A stretch of 64,000 nt of DNA from a virus. Its lineage: Duplodnaviria; Caudoviricetes. The notes beneath the pieces were generated by a model. The model did not search any database and was not told the DNA's origin. It saw only the letters and a program-made list of their open reading frames with translations. Location of the stretch: the IMG/VR virus record IMGVR_UViG_3300021387_001774, positions 96,001-160,000 of that record; one strand, written 5' to 3'. A program made the translations under genes and the position numbers. This document shows positions 60,530-64,000 of the stretch, piece by piece (within the stretch, counting starts at the first letter, position 1; every line of letters begins with the position of its first letter).

Positions 60530-62638
60530 TTAGAAGTTTATTAATGAAGATAATCCCATTCTCTTTGTACTACTATCTGGTTTTACATAAGAGCATGGTG
60601 ATAAAAGTAATGATGGGAACAATGATACTATTGGTTGCAGATGTTTTTCACATAAGTCATTCACGTCTATAAATGGAAGTATCCATTCTGGTATTTTTGT
60701 CGCATCACCGAATGCTGGAACAACAAATGTTCTTAATCCAAACCTAGAAAAATCGAAATTACCATATTTTCTAAATACAGTATTTCTTACTCTTTCTTTA
60801 ATATCATGGAACTTCTCAGGTATTTTATCAAGATCTTCTTCATTATATAATGTTGTATTAAATACATACATAGAATCACCAGGCGATATCTGATCTTCAG
60901 GATAAATATTATTCCAGATTATTGTTGCTCTAACTTTAGAAGTAGTTTCTGGATTCTTAATACTTTCAAAACCGTTATACCTAGCATATACACCAAATGT
61001 CATATCACCATTCTTCAATCCATCTTCAATTTGATGTCTAAGATTTAATACCTTTTGATAAACTATCAAAGGATTAAAGTTTTTTGATCTTAATACATCA
61101 TTATGTAAGATATCAAGAATTTTAGATGAAATATATTCATTAAGTGTATCAGAACCAAGGTTTCTACCTGTAATAGCTAATTGTTTTTTCTCTGGAAGTT
61201 TTCTACCTTCCTGAATAGTCTGTATACCGATATAATTCTTTTTAGTATTATACAATAATACAATTGGGAAGAAGAATTCATTTTTCATATACATGTAAAA
61301 CTTTTCTCCTTCGTTATACTGATTGCAACACACAACAAAATTCCGACAAGCTTCTGACATAAGATCTGATATTATCGAGATATAAACCATACCTATTTTG
61401 GTGGATATCATTGGATCATCCATCAAATTTTCTTTACCAAATACTTTAAGTGTATTTTCTGTTATTTCATAGAATGAAGGCATTGTTGAATCAGTATCAC
61501 CAATAACACAAGCCTTTCTCTTTCTAGTTCTATATTTCTCAACTCTATTTCCATTAATAATAGTAGCGAAACAGAATACAGCAACAATTTCTCTAAATTC
61601 CTTTAACATGAAATAAAATTTTGATGCTTTAGTTGCTAATACATTTGCTTCTGTTGGGTCATTCTCTTCTTTATTTGTGTAAAAATCATAAAACCAATCA
61701 TAAACTTCTTTTTCAGTCATAGTAGGTTTAATCTTTTCGAACATATAAGGATTAATGAATTCTATATCGAAAGCAATCAGATCATTTACTATCTTAGCTA
61801 TTTTAGGATTCATTTTTATAAGTAATATAGGATCATATGAATAATAGAAAAATATCTTTTTCCAATCATCCATCATTTCAAACATCAAGAATGTGGTTTT
61901 AGAAACATCTAGTTCAGATCGTCGTATATTTGTAACATCTCTTGTAGAATAAACATATTTTTGTGAGCAATCATGAGATGTAGGAATATATGTAATATAT
62001 TTATTGATATAAAAACTATAATCAAGTTTACTCTTCATTTTGAATAATTCATCTAACCAACAAAAAACTTCATCCAAACTACCAAATGTATAATTATTTC
62101 CTAAGAATCTTTCTATATTCCATACCATTTCAGATATAAAATTTCTAGCTTGTGCTGTAATAGCTCCACCCATATCAACATTAGAAGTAAAACCTTTACT
62201 CATAGTTGAAGCGCCATAGATTGAGTTCGTTTTAGCTTTTACTGTATTCTGCATACCGTTATTTATAAAGAATCCAAAATCATCACTGTTTACTTTAGCT
62301 TCAAACATTTTATTCTTATAAACATCACGTAACTTACTAAGCATATCAATGATAAAATAACTAATTGGTTTAACATTTGTTGTTAAAGTACCATTCGCAT
62401 GTATATTAAGATGCTCAGATCTTATATCTTCCATAACCTGTTCTATAGGTAATTGTGTACCATAATCATATTTATACAAGTTTCTTGTATTTGCAAATAT
62501 AGGTGTGCTATATGCTTTTTCAGTAATTTTATTCAAATATTTATCTATAAACTCTTCAGATACCTTTCCATTATAAGCTGTCTTTAAAATACCTTTCATC
62601 TTATTCTTATACATATCTATCAGAATATTATTAGACAT
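60530..62638 (-). CDS. Family B DNA polymerase, polymerase subunit (phiKZ-like split type)
   Basis: Q...K...NSIYG (motif B), ITAQAR, IGDTDS (motif C), KNE, KKNY; no N-terminal exonuclease motifs. Confidence 0.85.
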   Translation of the reverse strand: MSNNILIDMYKNKMKGILKTAYNGKVSEEFIDKYLNKITEKAYSTPIFANTRNLYKYDYGTQLPIEQVMEDIRSEHLNIHANGTLTTNVKPISYFIIDMLSKLRDVYKNKMFEAKVNSDDFGFFINNGMQNTVKAKTNSIYGASTMSKGFTSNVDMGGAITAQARNFISEMVWNIERFLGNNYTFGSLDEVFCWLDELFKMKSKLDYSFYINKYITYIPTSHDCSQKYVYSTRDVTNIRRSELDVSKTTFLMFEMMDDWKKIFFYYSYDPILLIKMNPKIAKIVNDLIAFDIEFINPYMFEKIKPTMTEKEVYDWFYDFYTNKEENDPTEANVLATKASKFYFMLKEFREIVAVFCFATIINGNRVEKYRTRKRKACVIGDTDSTMPSFYEITENTLKVFGKENLMDDPMISTKIGMVYISIISDLMSEACRNFVVCCNQYNEGEKFYMYMKNEFFFPIVLLYNTKKNYIGIQTIQEGRKLPEKKQLAITGRNLGSDTLNEYISSKILDILHNDVLRSKNFNPLIVYQKVLNLRHQIEDGLKNGDMTFGVYARYNGFESIKNPETTSKVRATIIWNNIYPEDQISPGDSMYVFNTTLYNEEDLDKIPEKFHDIKERVRNTVFRKYGNFDFSRFGLRTFVVPAFGDATKIPEWILPFIDVNDLCEKHLQPIVSLFPSLLLSPCSYVKPDSSTKRMGLSSLINF

Positions 62639-62737
62639 ATGCTTACCTCACTCTATCATATTCACATGTATATTATGTAATTAAAAAATATTTTATAAAA
62701 AAGAAGAGTGTAGCTTTATGCTACACTCTTTTTAAAC

Positions 62738-64000
62738 TCAAATCTTATAACTGACTATTCCCAATGTATTCACAGGAACACGTTTTGGGATTCGAGTCAA
62801 ATCTGAAGAACGAATATTTTGCATAGATATTTGTGAAGTAGAATTTCGTCCGATTAAAATACATTTGTAATCTTTTTCTTTGGTATTAACCAGATTTACA
62901 TTAGTCATTTTAAAACCATCATCTAATTCAATCAATTTCTTTACTTTGTTTACTCTATTCGTTTCTTCAAGTAAGTCTTGCTCAACCCTTAATATATATG
63001 AATACCCACTATCGTCAACAATAGAACACAAACCTGTTTCATCAGAGTATTGTTCCATTTGAATCATCGATATGCTTTCATTGTCTGGTAGAGTTATATT
63101 TACACCGGAAGCTGTTCTTCCTAATTCTGGAATATCACTTATCTTAATAAAATGATATCTTCCAGATTCAGTTGTAATAAGACAAACATCTTTTCCTTTC
63201 TCTACTCGTTGAACAAGTCTTATATTTCCTGTAGTTACAGCTTGTTTTCCAAATGATTCTACAGAACTTATTTTAATCTTGTTGTTATCCGAGATAACGA
63301 TATATTTATCATTGTCATCATGTATTGGAATAATACCTGATATAACTGGTTCATCTGCTACGGAAATCCAGTTATTAATTCCAACAATGTCTGCAACATT
63401 GATACGTTTGGCTGTACCGTTATTCATAAACAGAAGTATACCAACAAGATCTTCTTTAATATTGTGACATCCTACAATTTCTTTTACATTTCTTCCTTCA
63501 AACTTAACATTCTTAACACCATTCATCAATGTTTTACCATTAATAAGATTATTAAGATCAAATATAGCATACTGATTTCTTGACCAAAGTATTGCTCCAT
63601 TACTCATCGGGATAGAAGATATATTTTTGTTATTAACTTCATGTTCCTCTAAGATAACAGTTCTTCTAGGTCTTCCATACTTCTTTCTAAGCTTTTCCAG
63701 ATCATCTATAATTACATCATCGATGTGTCTCGATTTTTCATCAAGTTCAGCTATCTTCCTATGTGCTTCATCGATAATTCTTTGAAGTTCATCTTTTGAT
63801 GTATTATTCAATTGATGAATTTTCATTTCTGTTATAGCTTTAGCCTGAATAGGTGTCAAATCATATTTATTTACTAGGTGATCTATAAACTCATTCACAT
63901 TCTTTGATTTCTTAGCAAATTCGATTATAGGATCAATATGATCATAAATCTTCAACTTTCCTTCGGTGATATGTGCATCATTACTCAATATAGATTGTTG
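62738..64000 (-). CDS. gyrA: DNA gyrase/topoisomerase subunit A, C-terminal part (5' end outside the window)
   Basis: QAKAI.EM....L, KYG.PRRT, beta-pinwheel GR.ASGV repeats; frame open to 64000. Confidence 0.85.
   Translation of the reverse strand, partial: QQSILSNDAHITEGKLKIYDHIDPIIEFAKKSKNVNEFIDHLVNKYDLTPIQAKAITEMKIHQLNNTSKDELQRIIDEAHRKIAELDEKSRHIDDVIIDDLEKLRKKYGRPRRTVILEEHEVNNKNISSIPMSNGAILWSRNQYAIFDLNNLINGKTLMNGVKNVKFEGRNVKEIVGCHNIKEDLVGILLFMNNGTAKRINVADIVGINNWISVADEPVISGIIPIHDDNDKYIVISDNNKIKISSVESFGKQAVTTGNIRLVQRVEKGKDVCLITTESGRYHFIKISDIPELGRTASGVNITLPDNESISMIQMEQYSDETGLCSIVDDSGYSYILRVEQDLLEETNRVNKVKKLIELDDGFKMTNVNLVNTKEKDYKCILIGRNSTSQISMQNIRSSDLTRIPKRVPVNTLGIVSYKI

Noticed and set aside
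1-64000. Stop-codon reassignment, introns or inteins
   Set aside because: Core genes are intact and densely packed in the standard code, TAA, TAG and TGA all act as stops, and no intein or intron signatures were seen

Overview
Very AT-rich, densely coding segment of a jumbo bacteriophage of the phiKZ/AR9(PBS1)-like supergroup, in the standard genetic code. Recognisable genes: terminase large subunit, probable major capsid protein and head proteins, DnaB helicase, primase, two subunits of a split multisubunit RNA polymerase (beta N-part, beta' C-part), SF2 helicase, C39-like peptidase with a membrane partner, dNMP kinase, RNase HI, NAD-dependent ligase, tubulin/PhuZ, SbcC/Rad50, tRNA-Arg(UCU), HU-like protein, GroEL-like chaperonin, a family B polymerase lacking the exonuclease domain, and GyrA (partial). 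Two phage promoter classes are visible: TATATTAT(A) and NACA-N5-ATAT. The strongest unexplained features are: (1) a locus at 17.4-18.8 kb combining a late gene, a perfect 86-bp inverted copy of its interior, a G-quadruplex-like motif and a separately transcribed, structured ~240-nt RNA; (2) a ~1070-aa protein whose repeat units appear nested inside one another; (3) a T8 slippery site predicting a -1 frameshift fusion; (4) repeated terminator-promoter-leader cassettes with covarying GUU-loop hairpins. All protein calls come from reading motifs by eye; no database searches were run.
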